Positions 45,996-57,170 of a stretch of DNA of 64,000 nucleotides are shown in pieces. Each line of letters opens with the position of its first letter. Position 1 is the first letter of the stretch. Under the pieces are notes generated by a model that was not told where the DNA came from, did no database searches, and saw only the letters and a list, made by a program, of their open reading frames with translations. Origin of the DNA: Methanobacteriota archaeon (GTDB taxonomy: Archaea > Methanobacteriota > Methanobacteria > Methanobacteriales > Methanobacteriaceae); NCBI GenBank assembly GCA_963787255.1, contig CAWBCJ010000029.1, positions 608,001 to 672,000 on the forward strand. Direction: 5' to 3'. The position numbers were made by a program, and so were the translations under genes.

Positions 45996-47810
45996 TTATG
46001 CTTTATCTTCAAGTACAAGCTTTGGGAATATGCATAGGCTCTTAAGCTCGTCTAATAAAAGCTTAAATGCGTATGAAATCTCAACTGGGAATGAATCTGA
46101 GTCCCCGCATATTGGACAGTACTTTCTTCCTCTTATTCTGTCGAAAACACCAATCATACCACACTCGTCACATACAATAGCTTCATATTTATCTGATTCA
46201 TCAAGAAGCCTTTCTTTAAGTGATAATGCAGCACCATGAGCAATAAGACAGTCTCTTTCCATTTCCCCAAACCTTAAACCACCTTCTCTGGCTCTACCTT
46301 CTGTAGGTTGCCTTGTTAAAACCTGCACAGGTCCTCTTGACCTTGCATATACCTTATCTGAAGTCATGTGGTGTAATTTCTGGTAGAAAGCAACTCCTAT
46401 GAATATTTCAGCTTCAATTCTTTCACCGGTTATTCCGTTGTAGAGTGATTCACGACCTGCGGTTTCAAATCCGTTTTCTTTAAGAAGGTCTTTAATCAAC
46501 TCTTCTCCATCCGCCCCGGTAAATGGAGTTCCATCCATTCTTCTCCCTTCCATTGCGCCTGCTTTTCCTGCAAGCATCTCAATAACCTGACCAACGGACA
46601 TCCTTGATGGGATAGCGTGTGGGTTTACAATTAAATCTGGAACCACACCGTCGGCGGTGAATGGTACGTTTTCCTGTGAAACTATGAGTCCTACAACACC
46701 CTTCTGACCGTGCCTTGATGCGAATTTATCACCAAATTCAGGTTGTCTCTGGTCACGGACCCTTATTTTGGTGAGTTTACTTCCTTCAACGGTTTCTGTA
46801 ACCAGTACAGCGTCAATAGTACCTTTTTCACCGTGTCTTACAGTAATGGATGTTTCACGTCTTCGCTCTGCAGGTGTTCCAAATTCGTCTATTTCTTCAA
46901 GGAACCTTGGAGGTGAAGTTTTACCAATTAAAACGTCTCCTGATTTAACTACTACTTCTGGATTTATTATACCGTCTTCGTCTAGATGCCTGTAAACTTC
47001 TTCTGATCTATATCCTCTAACAGTTTTTTCTGGTAATTCGAACTTATCTTCCTGTCCACCAGGATATCTTCTCTCTGAAGCTTCATATGATCTAAAGAAT
47101 GATGATCTTGAAAGTCCCCTTTCAATAGATGCCTTGTTAAGTATCAATGCATCTTCCATGTTGTATCCTTCGTAAGACATAACCGCAACCACGAAATTCT
47201 GGCCGGACGGCCTTGCATCGTAATTTGTAGCGTCTATTGACCTTGTTTTAACCAAGGGTAACTGGGGATGATGTAAAAGATGGGCTCTTGTATCTGTTCT
47301 TAAACTGTAATTTGAAACGTAAAGACCTAAAGCTTGTTTTGTCATCCCTGCTTCCATTGTATTTCTTGGGGATGAGTTATGGTTAGCGTAAGGAATGATA
47401 CCCGCACATATTCCAAGCATTGTGGATGGGTCAATTTCGAGATGTGTATGCTCTTCAGTTAACCAGTCATCAAACATGGCAATATAAGTGTTTTCCTCTT
47501 CTTCAGCGTCAAGATATTCAATTATACCTTGATTTACAATGTCATCCCAGTTCATTTCGCCAGATTCAAGAGCGTCAATGTGTTCATCTTTAAATGTTGA
47601 TTCCCCGTCTTTGACTACAATGAGTGGCCTTCGTGTTCTTCCGGGATCGTTGAAAATAAAAATTTCATCTGTTTCTGGATAATAGGTGATGTTCATTTCG
47701 TGGGAAATTTCCCCACTCCGCCTTTTTTCCCTCATTTCTTCAACAAAAATGTCGGGATCGTCACAAACTCCTATGAGCTTACCGTTAATATAAATTTTGC
47801 ACTTTTTCAC
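45996..47810 (-). CDS. rpoB1: RNA polymerase subunit B'
   Basis: [32 protein letters not shown]-terminal Zn ribbon. Confidence 0.97.
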   Translation of the reverse strand: MKKCKIYINGKLIGVCDDPDIFVEEMREKRRSGEISHEMNITYYPETDEIFIFNDPGRTRRPLIVVKDGESTFKDEHIDALESGEMNWDDIVNQGIIEYLDAEEEENTYIAMFDDWLTEEHTHLEIDPSTMLGICAGIIPYANHNSSPRNTMEAGMTKQALGLYVSNYSLRTDTRAHLLHHPQLPLVKTRSIDATNYDARPSGQNFVVAVMSYEGYNMEDALILNKASIERGLSRSSFFRSYEASERRYPGGQEDKFELPEKTVRGYRSEEVYRHLDEDGIINPEVVVKSGDVLIGKTSPPRFLEEIDEFGTPAERRRETSITVRHGEKGTIDAVLVTETVEGSKLTKIRVRDQRQPEFGDKFASRHGQKGVVGLIVSQENVPFTADGVVPDLIVNPHAIPSRMSVGQVIEMLAGKAGAMEGRRMDGTPFTGADGEELIKDLLKENGFETAGRESLYNGITGERIEAEIFIGVAFYQKLHHMTSDKVYARSRGPVQVLTRQPTEGRAREGGLRFGEMERDCLIAHGAALSLKERLLDESDKYEAIVCDECGMIGVFDRIRGRKYCPICGDSDSFPVEISYAFKLLLDELKSLCIFPKLVLEDKA

Positions 47811-47822
47811 GCTTTAACCCCT

Positions 47823-49316
47823 TTATTTAGAACTTAAAACTCCCATTTTCTTAATCACGTTTTCAATTTCCTTTGGATCAGACCCTTCAGATATCTTGGC
47901 CAGCAGTGCCAGGTTTTTAACGAGCCCACAATTTGGTCCCTCTGGGGTCTCGTTTGGACATATCTTTCCAAACTGTGTTGGATGCAAATCACGAGCTTCA
48001 AAGTGAGGTTGGCTCCTGCTTAAAGGGGATACAACCCTTTTAAGGTGGGATAATGTTCCCATGTAACTGGTTCTGTCCAGCAACTGGCTTACACCTGCCC
48101 TTCCACCAACCCAGTTTCCTGTGGCGATGGCGTGTTTAATATTTTCTGTTAGAACATCAGATCTCACAGCCTGCTTTACAGAAGGTTCTTTACCTCTAGC
48201 AAGGCTTCTTTCAAGCTGATAAGTCATGTCTCTAGTCAAACTGGTAAATGCAACTCTGAATAAATCTTCCATGAGATCTCCGGATACTCTGAGCCTTTTG
48301 TTAGCGTAATGATCCTTGTCGTGTGGTTCACGTTTTTCAAAAATAACTTGAAGTAACATTTCGGTCATTTCAGCTAAATAAGTAGATTTATCTGCTCTAT
48401 CTTCAGGAGTAACTCCCATATGAGGTAGTAGATATCTGTCAATTACGTCTTCCGCTCTTTTAATTCTGTATTCTTCAGTCATACCTTTAGCGACCCTGTT
48501 ACCGATGTATTTAACAGCGTCGTACCTGTTCATTACTTCTGAAGTTTGTATATCGTCTATAAGAAGGAATTGTAAGTCACTTTTGTCTGAAACACTGGTT
48601 ACTAATTCTTCGTCAGTTTCCAGTCCTAGCGCACGTAATAAAACAACAAGTGGTATTTCTCCTGGAACGTAAGGGAATGATATTCTAAGGAATACACCTT
48701 TTTTCCTTGGCTTTCTGTATTCAAGGGTTATTCTAGCTCTAAATCCACTTTTAATTGAAGTAACAATTGCTCTTGCTCTTCTATCTCCTTTTTCACCAAT
48801 ACGTTCAAGAATGATCTTATTTGGAGCTATTTCTTCCATGGTAACGATTGCTCTTTCAGAACCGTTTACAATGAAATATCCACCAGGATCCTGTGGATCT
48901 TCTCCTTTTTCTTCTAATTCTTTTTCATTTAATCCATTTAGATGGCATATATTTGATTTAAGCATTACTGGCAGTTCACCAATATATACAGGTTCTAAAG
49001 TTGGATTTTCTTCCCCTTGTTTGACCAAGGCCATTTCAAGGTACATATGTGCAGAATAAGTTAAGTTTCTAAGTCTTGCTTCTGTTGGATATATTACACT
49101 TTTTGATCCGTCAGCTTCTTTAATAAATGGCTTTCTAATCTCTAATTTACCTGTTTCTACTCTGTATTCGCCCTGTTCAAGAACAATGTTTTCTGTAATG
49201 TCAATTATGTCCTGTATTCTGTGGTTTACAAAGTCGTTGTAGGATTTTATATGATGATCTACCAGATTGTACTGATCAAAAAATGCATCAACCAGTCCCC
49301 ATGCATTTTTTTCCAT
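47823..49316 (-). CDS. rpoB2: RNA polymerase subunit B''
   Basis: EARLRNLTY, GGYFIVNGSE, ETPEGPNCGLVKN. Confidence 0.97.
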   Translation of the reverse strand: MEKNAWGLVDAFFDQYNLVDHHIKSYNDFVNHRIQDIIDITENIVLEQGEYRVETGKLEIRKPFIKEADGSKSVIYPTEARLRNLTYSAHMYLEMALVKQGEENPTLEPVYIGELPVMLKSNICHLNGLNEKELEEKGEDPQDPGGYFIVNGSERAIVTMEEIAPNKIILERIGEKGDRRARAIVTSIKSGFRARITLEYRKPRKKGVFLRISFPYVPGEIPLVVLLRALGLETDEELVTSVSDKSDLQFLLIDDIQTSEVMNRYDAVKYIGNRVAKGMTEEYRIKRAEDVIDRYLLPHMGVTPEDRADKSTYLAEMTEMLLQVIFEKREPHDKDHYANKRLRVSGDLMEDLFRVAFTSLTRDMTYQLERSLARGKEPSVKQAVRSDVLTENIKHAIATGNWVGGRAGVSQLLDRTSYMGTLSHLKRVVSPLSRSQPHFEARDLHPTQFGKICPNETPEGPNCGLVKNLALLAKISEGSDPKEIENVIKKMGVLSSK

Positions 49317-49341
49317 TAAATTCCTCCAAAAAATAAATCAA

Positions 49342-49575
49342 TTAGTCTAATACTAGTCGATAAGTTACAAACTTTCCGGCAGTATGGCTTTTTCGTGTTA
49401 TTTTTAAAATATCTCCTGATTTAGCTTCAATTGCCTTACAAACAGGATCGTCCTGTTTTATCTTGGGAAGCTGTTCGGGATGAATATCTAATTCTTTTAT
49501 TACTTTATTTATTTCAGATTTTGACAAAATAGTATGTTCTGGAACTAATTTGTGTTTTAAGATATCTTTTTTCAC
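49342..49575 (-). CDS. rpoH: RNA polymerase subunit H
   Basis: HKLVPEH, LPKI...DP, ITRKS.TAG..YR. Confidence 0.96.
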   Translation of the reverse strand: MKKDILKHKLVPEHTILSKSEINKVIKELDIHPEQLPKIKQDDPVCKAIEAKSGDILKITRKSHTAGKFVTYRLVLD

Positions 49576-49604
49576 ACTTTATCCTCCAGTTAAAAATCAA
49601 AGAA

Positions 49605-49678
<74 letters not shown>

Positions 49679-49689
49679 ATATAATACAA

Positions 49690-49761
49690 CGCCCTGGCCG
49701 GGATTTGAACCCGAGTCGTGGGCTCGACAGGCCCACATGATAGCCCCTACACCACCAGGGC
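49690..49761 (-). tRNA. tRNA-Asp(GTC)
   Basis: GCCCTGG stem; TGGGC-CT-GTC-GA-GCCCA anticodon arm. Confidence 0.96.
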
Positions 49762-49875
49762 AGCTCTTAAGAATGAGAGTATAATTGGATATACGTATAC
49801 ATACTTAAATACTTTTCTAATTCTTCTAGTATATAACTTTTGTTATTTATTTTCCGGAGTATTTTAATAATAAAA

Positions 49876-49949
49876 TCCCGCCTGCCGGACTTGAACCAGC
49901 AACCCTCGGATCTACAGTCCGATGCTCTGCCAAATTGAGCTAAGGCGGG
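49876..49949 (-). tRNA. tRNA-Tyr(GTA)
   Basis: C1-G72 archaeal Tyr acceptor CCCGCC; TCGGA-CT-GTA-GA-TCCGA anticodon arm. Confidence 0.96.
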
Positions 49950-49988
49950 AATATGAAATTATTTTTTGACTCCAACTATAAAAAATGG

Positions 49989-50064
<76 letters not shown>

Positions 50065-50102
50065 AAATGAAGTTCACTTATACTGTTATTAAATGGAACT
50101 AA

Positions 50103-50180
<78 letters not shown>

Positions 50181-50200
50181 ATAGGTATCTTGTATTTTCA

Positions 50201-50216
50201 CTTATAAAGTTTTGGG
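50201..50216 (-). promoter_or_regulatory. BRE/TATA box of the tRNA cluster
   Basis: CCCAAAAC-TTTATAAG on the minus strand about 25 nt upstream of tRNA-Thr. Confidence 0.55.
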
Positions 50217-50310
50217 TATTCAATCAAAGACTACTACATAATTACAGTAAATAGTAAGTTTGGAATTTAATAATTTACTGCTTTAGGTATAAAAAGTTAA
50301 TGGTAAATTT

Positions 50311-51554
50311 TTATTTTAATCCCTTTGATGCTACTTCCTGAAGCACTTCCACCACCGGAAGTTTTTCACCAGCAAGTAAATTAATGGATGCCCCGCCGCC
50401 GCTGCTTATATGGGTTATGCCTGAAGACAAGCCCATATGACTGGCTGCCGCAGCTAAATGCCCCCCTCCAATTATAGAATTTGCATTTGACGAAGCAATT
50501 GCATTTAAAAGGTCTTCTGTACCTATATTAAACCCTTCTTTCTCGAAAACTCCTGCAGGACCGTTTGCAAATATGGTTTTTGCATGCCTAATACATTTAG
50601 CATATTCAGTAATGGTATCAGTCCCTATATCAAATATAGGATTGTTTGGAATATTTTCAACGTTGTATTCTTCTCTTTTATCGTCTATACAAACAGCAAC
50701 ATCTATAGGAATTTTTATCTGACCTTTAAATTCCTTTAGCATCTTTTTACCCTTTTTAACAAAGTCACAGTAGTCTCTATCTTTTATAAACTCCTTATTA
50801 TACTTTCTTATGTTAATTCCAGATGCCCATAAAAATATATTGGCAACCAGACCAGTTGTGAGTATATAATCTGCACTCCCGTTTCTTAAAACGTTTTCCA
50901 TAACCATTATGGAGTCATCTACCTTTACACCACCCAGTACATAAACACAAGGTTTTTCAGCATTATTCATGGCATTATATAAAGAATTAAGTTCAGTTTC
51001 CATTACTCTTCCTGCACCTGAGGGTAACGTTAATGCAAATCCCACAAGTGATGGCTGTGATCTATGTGCAGCTGCAAAAGCATCATTTATGAAATAATCT
51101 GCAACAGGCGTTAATTTCTGAACCATATGAGTTTTAGCCTGCTCCTTAGGATCTCTTTTAAGAATTTCCTCAGAATAAAAACGAACATTCTCTAAAAGAA
51201 GAATATCTCCCTTTTTCATTTTCTTTATTCTTCCCCTGGCGTTACTTCCAAATATGTCATCAACGTAATCTACGGGCCGTTTTAAAAGATTAGAAAGGGA
51301 ATGAGCATGCTGCTGGAGAGTAGTAAAATCATTTTTACCAGGACGGCTCTGGTGAGCAAGTATAACAGTTTTTGCACCCTTCTTTGAAATTTCATCAATG
51401 GTCCCAGCGTGCAGTTTGATTCTGGTATCATCTAGAAGAGATCCCGTATTTGGATCTACCGGCGAATTAATATCCACCCTTACCAGAACAGTCTTATCAT
51501 TCATATCAAAGTCGTCAATGGTATAAAATTGAAGGGACATTTTTTTCCTCACCA

Positions 51555-51555
<1 letters not shown>
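50311..51555 (-). CDS. pgk: Phosphoglycerate kinase
   Basis: VRVDINSP, AHQSRPG, LLENVRF, NDAFAAAHR, NGPAGVFE, ISSGGGA. Confidence 0.97.
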
Positions 51556-52238
<683 letters not shown>

Positions 52239-52485
52239 TTATCCTCCAAAAACAGATATGCTAATTATATTATGATATTATATTTTTTCAACATAAAAAT
52301 ATTTGTGGAAATAAATTTTTTTTTAAATTATCAAATATAAACCATTAATTGGTTATAATGCTGATTTTGGCTTTAAAATGTAAAAATAAGCCTATTCTAT
52401 AAAAAAAAGAAAATTAAAAAAGAAAGTAAGTTTAAATCATTGATAATTATTGTGATTTATCGAGTGTATCAGAAGTTATCAGTTA

Positions 52486-53163
52486 TTATACGAATAGATA
52501 ATTGTATCCGTAACTTCTGTAAGGAACTGTTTGCCATGCGCCATTTAAGAATACTTGAACGGATCTGTGTTGGCTTGAGTAGCTTGTTGCATATTGAATA
52601 ATTCTTGACTGATATCCTGCTGCCTGGAATTTACTGTTCAGATAATCGCTCATTGCCCAGCAATCACCAGCACCATACTTTGCTATGTCAGCACCTGTGT
52701 GATAAGCACTGCTGTATCCAAATCCACTACCTGATCTCATTATAGCGTCTAAAGTTGGATCATTACTCCATGATCCTGAACTGCTTGTTGGTGTATTGAC
52801 GGTTTTTGTTGTTGAATAAGCAGAAACACTGCTGTAGGATTTTTTATAAACCCATTTGTATCTCCATTTACCTTTGTATCGGTACTTGACCCTAACTTTG
52901 GTGTACTTAACTTTCGCTTTCTTGTAAGTTTTCTTGTAAGTCTTTTTAGTGGCTTTTACTTTCTTTGTGGCTTTTTTAGTCTTTGCCTTGACTTTTTTCT
53001 TTTTAGAAGCTGCATTAACTTCTAAAACATTTTTATCTTCTTTTAAACCAATTTTTGCAATATTGTCCGATGCAACCTGGTTTTCTGTCCCTACTGCTGA
53101 GGGAATTATGCACATTGTCATACAAATTATTAGTAGCAATGCACATGATGTGTGTCGCTTAAT
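52486..53163 (-). CDS. Secreted Lys-rich protein with a C-terminal transglutaminase/papain-like Cys-protease domain
   Basis: Signal peptide, K/T-rich basic stretch, GDCWAMS...SRIIQY...HRSVQV..NG.W; start either ATT at 53163 (behind GGAGG) or ATG at 53184. Confidence 0.72.
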   Translation of the reverse strand: MKRHTSCALLLIICMTMCIIPSAVGTENQVASDNIAKIGLKEDKNVLEVNAASKKKKVKAKTKKATKKVKATKKTYKKTYKKAKVKYTKVRVKYRYKGKWRYKWVYKKSYSSVSAYSTTKTVNTPTSSSGSWSNDPTLDAIMRSGSGFGYSSAYHTGADIAKYGAGDCWAMSDYLNSKFQAAGYQSRIIQYATSYSSQHRSVQVFLNGAWQTVPYRSYGYNYLFV

Positions 53164-53248
53164 TGTACCGCCTCCGAGTTCCATAGTACTTAATGCACTC
53201 GTTGGAACGTTTTGGACAATATTTAATCAAATTAAGATCATATATAAA
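53164..53248 (-). promoter_or_regulatory. TATA box plus structured 5' leader with RBS
   Basis: TTTATATA at 53248-53241; GTTCCA/TGGAAC and AGTGC/GTACT stems; GGAGG at 53175-53171. Confidence 0.5.
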
Positions 53249-53667
53249 TCTTTTGATTTAATTTTCCATAAAAGGCGCTTACAAAGTCGTTTTTTCGATA
53301 TAACGCACGCTTAGAGTCATTTTATGATTTATATTAAGAAGAAAGAAACTTGTTTTCATTTTATAATTAACTAGCTTCATTTAAACTTCATTTCTTAAAA
53401 AAAGGAATATCCGATGTTATATCATATTCACTTAATTCTTTCAAATTATACCTTAATGTTTATAGAAACCTATATATTGCATTAAGAGGTATTTATCCAT
53501 TTCTTTTGATAAATAACCATTATCAGTGCTATATATGTCATAAGGACAATTTATATTCAAAATTTAAGAAACAAGGCATTACTTTAAATTTAATGTTATA
53601 TATTAATTGAATTGACTGAAAATTTATAAAAATTTTATAAAAATAAATTGAACAGGTAATAATTATT

Positions 53668-54582
53668 ATGTCACTTTCAGATGAAGATCTCCAAAAACTA
53701 GAAAAAATGGGTTACCGATTTGTGGGTAATAATCGGCATGCAGCAGCAAAAGTATGTCATTGGACCAAAAAAAGCATTCTTGATGATGGAGAGTGCTACA
53801 AACAGAAATTTTATGGTATAGAAAGTCACAGATGCTTGCAAATGTCTCCAAGTATTCCATTCTGCCATCAGAAGTGTTTATTCTGCTGGAGAGATCTTTC
53901 AGTTACTGAGACTAAGTGGAAAGGAGAATATGATGAACCGAGAGAAATAATTGACGGGTGCATCAGTGCCCAGAGAGACCTTCTCTGCGGGTTTTTTGGA
54001 AATGAAAAAGCCAATAAAAAGAAGCTGGATGAATCACAGGATCCTAAAAATGCTGCAATTTCCCTTGCAGGAGAACCGATGATTTACCCCCAAATAGAAG
54101 GATTAATTGAGGAATTTCACAGGAGAGACTTTACAACATTCCTGGTTACAAATGGAATGACACCAGAGAAGCTTGAAAATTTAAGGGAAGAACCAACACA
54201 GCTTTACATTTCCCTTGATGCACCTCATAAAAAAATATTTGAAAAATTATGCAATCCTCAAATTGAAAATGGCTGGCAAAATCTAAATAAAAGCCTTGAT
54301 TTACTTTCAAGCTTTGATTGCAGGAAAGTATTGAGGATGACCTGTGTTAAGGACTTTAACATGCAAAATGCTGATGAATACGCCAGTATCATTAAAAAAA
54401 GCAGTCCTGACTTTGTTGAGATCAAAGCATACATGTTTGTGGGATATTCCAGAAGGAGATTAAAATGGGAGAATATGCCTTCAAATCAGGAAATATATGA
54501 TTTTGCAAGTTCTGTTGCGGAAAAATGCGATCTTGAAATAATTGACAAAGCTTACGAAAGCAGAGTAGTGCTTTTGGGTTAA
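53668..54582 (+). CDS. taw1: 4-demethylwyosine synthase TYW1/Taw1 (radical SAM)
   Basis: KVCHWT, CYKQKFYGI.SHRC.QM, CHQKCLFCWR, AISLAGEP, EIKAYM.VG.SR. Confidence 0.94.
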   Translation: MSLSDEDLQKLEKMGYRFVGNNRHAAAKVCHWTKKSILDDGECYKQKFYGIESHRCLQMSPSIPFCHQKCLFCWRDLSVTETKWKGEYDEPREIIDGCISAQRDLLCGFFGNEKANKKKLDESQDPKNAAISLAGEPMIYPQIEGLIEEFHRRDFTTFLVTNGMTPEKLENLREEPTQLYISLDAPHKKIFEKLCNPQIENGWQNLNKSLDLLSSFDCRKVLRMTCVKDFNMQNADEYASIIKKSSPDFVEIKAYMFVGYSRRRLKWENMPSNQEIYDFASSVAEKCDLEIIDKAYESRVVLLG

Positions 54583-54686
54583 AGAAGAAATTCAGCAAAT
54601 TAATAAATGAAATTGTTAAAATCATATCTTAAAACCACATTATTTTTATTAAAGTAGCGTATAAAAGAAAATTTAGAGGTGGTTTA

Positions 54687-55550
54687 ATGAAAAAACTGAT
54701 AGTGGGGATTTTAATTATATTCATGGCTTTAAGCCCCATATACGGAGCTTCAGGATTTGCAATAACATTTGGAGAAACTACTTATGCTAATCCTCAATGG
54801 AAAAGCTCAACATTGGATTATTTCCAGTCACATACTGATAAAAAGGTTACCAATGCTACAACTAAGGTTATAACCGCATCTGAAGTAAACCAAATAGCTA
54901 AAGGCATTACTGGAAGAACATATTCTTCAAAACAAATATTTTCGTGTGCAATGGTTGATTTAAGCTACAATCAAGGAATTAAAATAATTGTAGATAAAAG
55001 TAAAATCGGCGTTGTTACACCAAAAATGTATGCAAATGCTTTAAAATCCTCTGGAATTGAAAATGGATACGTTGTCGTCACAGCCCCAGTTCAATCCTCT
55101 GGAGAAGCAGCCTTAACCGGAGTTTTAAAATCTTATGAGACTGCAGTAGGTGCTCCAATACCAGAGAGCGCTAAAAAAGCTGCAACAGAAGAATTATACA
55201 CTGAAGATCAAATAGCAAATCAAACAGGTCAAAATCCTGATAAAGTTGCGGATCTATTTGAACAAGTTAAAAATGAAGTTCAAAAACAAAATTTACAGGA
55301 TCCAGCTCAGATTAAGATTATTGTAATTAATATAGCCAACAATATGAATATCAATATAAACGACCAGCAAGCCCAGCAAATTGCAGATTCCATTGCAAAT
55401 TCTCAGAAAGTTCAGGCCGATCTTGCAGGATTTAAACAACAGCTTCAAAGTGTTTCAAGTCAGGTTAATCAGTCTGGAATTCTGGATCAAATAATGGCAT
55501 ATTTCCAGGCCGCTGTTGATTACATCAAAGGATTGATATATGGACAATAA
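54687..55550 (+). CDS. Secreted DUF1002 family protein
   Basis: Signal peptide; VTPKMYANAL..SGI....V.V.AP...SGEAALTGV.K.YE. Confidence 0.85.
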   Translation: MKKLIVGILIIFMALSPIYGASGFAITFGETTYANPQWKSSTLDYFQSHTDKKVTNATTKVITASEVNQIAKGITGRTYSSKQIFSCAMVDLSYNQGIKIIVDKSKIGVVTPKMYANALKSSGIENGYVVVTAPVQSSGEAALTGVLKSYETAVGAPIPESAKKAATEELYTEDQIANQTGQNPDKVADLFEQVKNEVQKQNLQDPAQIKIIVINIANNMNININDQQAQQIADSIANSQKVQADLAGFKQQLQSVSSQVNQSGILDQIMAYFQAAVDYIKGLIYGQ

Positions 55551-55727
55551 AAAAAACTTATGTTGATTGATATGTGCAGTAGAGAATAAATGTACTGAAA
55601 CTGCATCTATCAGTAAAATTTTCTCTTTATTTACGGATAAGATTATATTCTACTAAAAACAAGATTACTTACAAAATATTAAGAATTAAAGAATTATCTG
55701 GGATGCTCAGACAATCAGTGTGATAAC

Positions 55728-56810
55728 ATGTTACTTGCAGAGAATCATCTTCAACTTATACTCGAATTCGCGATTATTGTACATCTGGGAGTTATACTCC
55801 TTTTCAATGTCATTTCAATACCTTTAAGTATGGTACTTTTCATTGCACTTGTTTTAACTGTTCTTCTTGCGGTTGTTTTTGGAGTTGATGCAAGTTTTCT
55901 TTTCCTTCCATTTGTTTCTCATCATGAATTCACACATCCATTTGGGGCAATTGCAGTTTTTGCATGGGTAACTCTTGCAGCATCTGCAAGTCTCTTAAGC
56001 GAAGTAGAAATCAAATCCACATCAATTCATGCATTATCACTCATTCTTTTTGGAGTAATAGCTATTGTAGGTGGATTAATGCACCAATCATTTTTAATTC
56101 TCTGGTTCCTGGGATGGATAATTGGAACTCTTATCATGTCTAAGAGCTTTAAAAGGAGCTCAAGGTTAACTCCCAAAACAATTATGGCAGTAGGAGTAGC
56201 AGCAATAGCTGGTTTTGGAATTTTGGAATTATTATCCCGGGTTTTTAACGCGGCCATATTAAGTCCACTTTTAAGATTTACAAGAATTGAGGAATATTCT
56301 CTTCCAAGCATTACCATGGTATTAAAAAATACCACCATTTGGGGTCATGTTCAGGGGTCCTGTTATTGGGGAGCGCAATGTCTGGGAGGATCAGATGGAT
56401 ACGTTTCGCTGCCGATGGGTCTTCTTCACTTTTTAACCTTGCCTTTTCCTCTCTTTTATGGTGTTCTAGTCACAAAAAAAGATTATATTGATTACATGTT
56501 GCCCGGAATATTTGGTATTTCATTTGATTTCGGATACATAGCGTTGTTGGCGCTGATTGGCTGGATAATGGTGGTAGTTTGCACAGGGTTCTTTATTCTA
56601 AGAAAATATCGGAGTAAAAGGAAAAATGGGAGCCGAATGTACCTTGGAAGGGAAGCTATGCTTATTGGGGCGCTTGCCGCGTTTATAACTCAGACAATTG
56701 TGGGTCTTTTCATATTTAACAGGACTTTTAACGGTGCTGCAATGATAGGCTTCATATTTCTTTCTGCGTTGGTTATGGCACATGCAGTAACTATAAGAAG
56801 AACTCTTTAA
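55728..56810 (+). CDS. Multi-pass membrane protein with one large extracytoplasmic loop
   Basis: About 9-10 hydrophobic helices; loop RIEEYS...WGHVQG...DYMLPG...DFG. Confidence 0.8.
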   Translation: MLLAENHLQLILEFAIIVHLGVILLFNVISIPLSMVLFIALVLTVLLAVVFGVDASFLFLPFVSHHEFTHPFGAIAVFAWVTLAASASLLSEVEIKSTSIHALSLILFGVIAIVGGLMHQSFLILWFLGWIIGTLIMSKSFKRSSRLTPKTIMAVGVAAIAGFGILELLSRVFNAAILSPLLRFTRIEEYSLPSITMVLKNTTIWGHVQGSCYWGAQCLGGSDGYVSLPMGLLHFLTLPFPLFYGVLVTKKDYIDYMLPGIFGISFDFGYIALLALIGWIMVVVCTGFFILRKYRSKRKNGSRMYLGREAMLIGALAAFITQTIVGLFIFNRTFNGAAMIGFIFLSALVMAHAVTIRRTL

Positions 56811-57170
56811 ACACTTTTTTAGGGCATTAATTTTATTTGAATATTTTACAGATAGTATCTATTTTAAATAAAGTCTATGAATTATAATATAAAGTGTTAA
56901 TTAGATGTATATTACATAATTCTAAATGTTAATGGCGTTAATTAGTCAATTACGTCTGCATCTATCTTTTCTGCACTTTAAATTTAAATTGCATTTTTAA
57001 TACTATTATTTAGCAAGAAACAGCAATAAACTAAACCCAATCCAAACAGTTATATACTTCTGTATAAGATTTTTTTTAAAAGTATAACGAATTATTGGTG
57101 CCAAATAAGTGATTAGTAATGAAAATCTGACTTTCGATATTAATTATACAATCTAATTAAGGGGTTTAAG

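Noticed and set aside
37803-49316. Inteins in EF-2 or RNA polymerase subunits
   Set aside because: Lengths are normal and no intein splice or homing-endonuclease motifs were seen
55568-55612. Imperfect inverted repeat after the DUF1002 gene as an ncRNA
   Set aside because: More simply explained as a 3' terminator or stability hairpin; nothing indicates an independent RNA
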